64,000 nucleotides of DNA, from NCBI GenBank assembly GCA_963422615.1, contig OY730414.1:124001-188000 (forward strand). Direction: 5' to 3'. Each line of letters starts with the position of its first letter. Positions within the stretch are counted from its first letter, which is position 1. Position numbers and translations under genes: made by a program. This DNA is from Longimicrobiales bacterium (GTDB lineage: Bacteria > Gemmatimonadota > Gemmatimonadetes > Longimicrobiales > Gaopeijiaceae). Under the pieces are notes generated by a model that saw only the letters and a list, made by a program, of their open reading frames with translations, had not been told where the DNA came from and did no database searches. Shown piece after piece: positions 62,150 to 64,000 of this stretch.

Positions 62150-64000
62150 ATGCGATCTTTCCGACCAAGAAAGAAAACGGGTACGACCCAACAGCTCTAC
62201 CTGAATTTCGAGGACCCCCCGCAAGCTGCCCACAAGAAGGGCGACTCTCCCCGGGAGCCCCTCGGCACCAACACTTGCGTCCTCGTCCGGGAGATGGAAG
62301 GGCTGGCCCGGGAAGGCGGTCTGCGCCGAAGGGTCCTGTTGGCCCGCACCCGGGGGGAGGGCAAGGAGCTCCTGCGCCAGCTTGCCCTGCGGGGCTTTTC
62401 CTGGGTGGGCTTCGATGTTACGACCGTCCGTCTCCTTGCGGTCCGGCTGGCTTCGGCCCGGCTCGGCCCAGAGGGCATCTCGGTGCTGGATGTCTTTGAG
62501 GAGCAGGCGCGTATCGAACAGGCCATTGACGATGTGCTCCTCTCTCCTTCCCGGGATGTGGAGCAAAGCCGATTCCAGGCTTTCGTGAACAAGGTGGGCT
62601 TCCGGGACGCCGTCCGGAGGTCGATCGTCGCGCTCCGCATGGGAGGCATCCGCGCCAAAGCCCTGGGCAAAGCCGTCAGCCGCAGTTCGGAGAAGCAGAT
62701 CCTGATCACCTCGGTTCTCGCCCGGTTCGAGACCCTTCTCCGAGAGGCCAGGCTGGCCGACCTGGCCTGCGTACTGGAGCTGGCCCTGGAAGCCCTGGGT
62801 GAAGACACCTGGAGACCGCCCGAAAACGAGCGCTACTACTTGGTGCCGGGACTCCCGGACCGAGGGCTGGAGGGCAGATTTCTTCGCCAGCTTCAGCACC
62901 GGGGCGCCGGGCTTCTCCGGACTGACCCGGTAGAGGGGCTTCGGGTGCCCCGAGGCATCTTATGGGATGTGGCTCCTCCCGCGGCCACGGGCAGTTACCT
63001 CCACGCGGTTGAGCGCCCAGGCGAGCGTCCCGGCGGGGGGATCGAAGTATTCGCCGCGGCTTCCGTCTACGACGAGTTGCGGGGCGTGCTGCGAAGAGTC
63101 CTGGACCGGGGCGCCCGTTGGGACGAGGTGGAGATCATCACCTCCGATGCGGCAACATACGGGTCCGCACTTCACGCGCTTGCAGTGCCCCTGGGGATTC
63201 CTGTCACGTTCTCGGTTGGCCTTCCGGTGGAGCGAACCCGTCCCGGCCGGGTGGTCTCGACGTACTTCCGCTGGATCAGGAGTGGGTTCCAAGAGTCGGA
63301 TCTGAGGGCCCTCGTCGAGTCAAAAGACATAGAGCCACCGGCCCCCTACAACTGGATTGCGGGTCCCCGTCTGGCGCGTACCCTGCGGCGACTGCGGATC
63401 GGGTGGGGAAGGGCCCGATACATGGACGCCATTGAGCGGGGCCTTTCCGGCCTGGACGACCTTGCGCAGGGACGGTTCGAAGACGAACAGGGCTTTCTTG
63501 GCCGCAAGAAGCGGCAGGAAGAGGACCTTCGAGCCCTGGAAGCACTTCTGCGCCCCGTTCTCGCGGCGACTCCGCCAACGGAAGACGACCGCGCTGGGCC
63601 CCGAACATCGGTGCCCCCGGGGACCCTGCCACCCGGGGATGGGGAGGGATCGCCCGCTCTTGTCTCCCCCGCCCAAGCCGCGACGGGCGTGAAGAGCCTT
63701 CTGGCGCGCATGGCCGCGGGAACCCCTTCCGACGAGACCGCCCAGTCCCGACTGATGCGCCTTCTGGACCGCATCGAGGCCACGCTGCACCGGAAGACGG
63801 ATTCCGCATCGGCCCTGGCCATCGTTCAGGGCTTCCTCAGGATCCGGATTCCTACTCCCCGGGCGGAGGGCATGGCACCCTGGACGTCCGCCCCTGGCCA
63901 TCTCCACCTCACGGACCTGGAGCACGGAGGCGCCACGGGACGACGGTTGACCTTCATCACGGGGCTGGACGCCGGTCGATTTCCCGGGACGGCCCTGGAA
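62150..64000 (+). CDS. AddB/RexB-like PD-(D/E)XK nuclease-family protein, 5' part (runs off window)
   Basis: Frame translated at both ends; GKELLRQLA..W.GF start region and GHLHLTDLEHGGATGR..FITGLDAGRFPG degenerate helicase motif. Confidence 0.7.
   Translation, partial: MRSFRPRKKTGTTQQLYLNFEDPPQAAHKKGDSPREPLGTNTCVLVREMEGLAREGGLRRRVLLARTRGEGKELLRQLALRGFSWVGFDVTTVRLLAVRLASARLGPEGISVLDVFEEQARIEQAIDDVLLSPSRDVEQSRFQAFVNKVGFRDAVRRSIVALRMGGIRAKALGKAVSRSSEKQILITSVLARFETLLREARLADLACVLELALEALGEDTWRPPENERYYLVPGLPDRGLEGRFLRQLQHRGAGLLRTDPVEGLRVPRGILWDVAPPAATGSYLHAVERPGERPGGGIEVFAAASVYDELRGVLRRVLDRGARWDEVEIITSDAATYGSALHALAVPLGIPVTFSVGLPVERTRPGRVVSTYFRWIRSGFQESDLRALVESKDIEPPAPYNWIAGPRLARTLRRLRIGWGRARYMDAIERGLSGLDDLAQGRFEDEQGFLGRKKRQEEDLRALEALLRPVLAATPPTEDDRAGPRTSVPPGTLPPGDGEGSPALVSPAQAATGVKSLLARMAAGTPSDETAQSRLMRLLDRIEATLHRKTDSASALAIVQGFLRIRIPTPRAEGMAPWTSAPGHLHLTDLEHGGATGRRLTFITGLDAGRFPGTALE

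Overview
GC-rich bacterial chromosome segment. The gene content and several small conserved hypothetical proteins suggest Gemmatimonadota, but that is inference. The housekeeping backbone includes rho, an M50 protease, mlaEFD, trxB, fumC, a probable 6S RNA, queD, tRNA-Ile(GAT), a leuB-like dehydrogenase, thiolase/hbd/enoyl-CoA hydratase, rpsU, infA, ssb, recF-dciA-gyrB, a SusC/SusD pair and a partial AddB-like gene. Two accessory blocks flank the tRNA. (1) 13.9-20.9 kb is a compositionally distinct, tightly coupled five-gene putative defence operon: a PAPS-reductase/DndC-like PP-loop protein, a GHKL ATPase plus two hypothetical proteins resembling the three-gene Azaca layout, and a DUF262 GmrSD-like protein. 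The first gene's only canonical start codon lies upstream of a 10-bp tandem array, which makes it a candidate phase-variation switch. (2) 22.3-36.4 kb is a nitrogen-assimilation block (glnA, glnE, amtB, two porins). It has no PII gene but is interleaved with a complete sigma-less partner-switching cascade: binding protein, histidine kinase, REC-PP2C, STAS and RsbW-like kinase. Decayed beta-propeller genes flank this block, and the thiolase carries a 1-nt frameshift. All family calls come from motif recognition by eye; no database searches were run.
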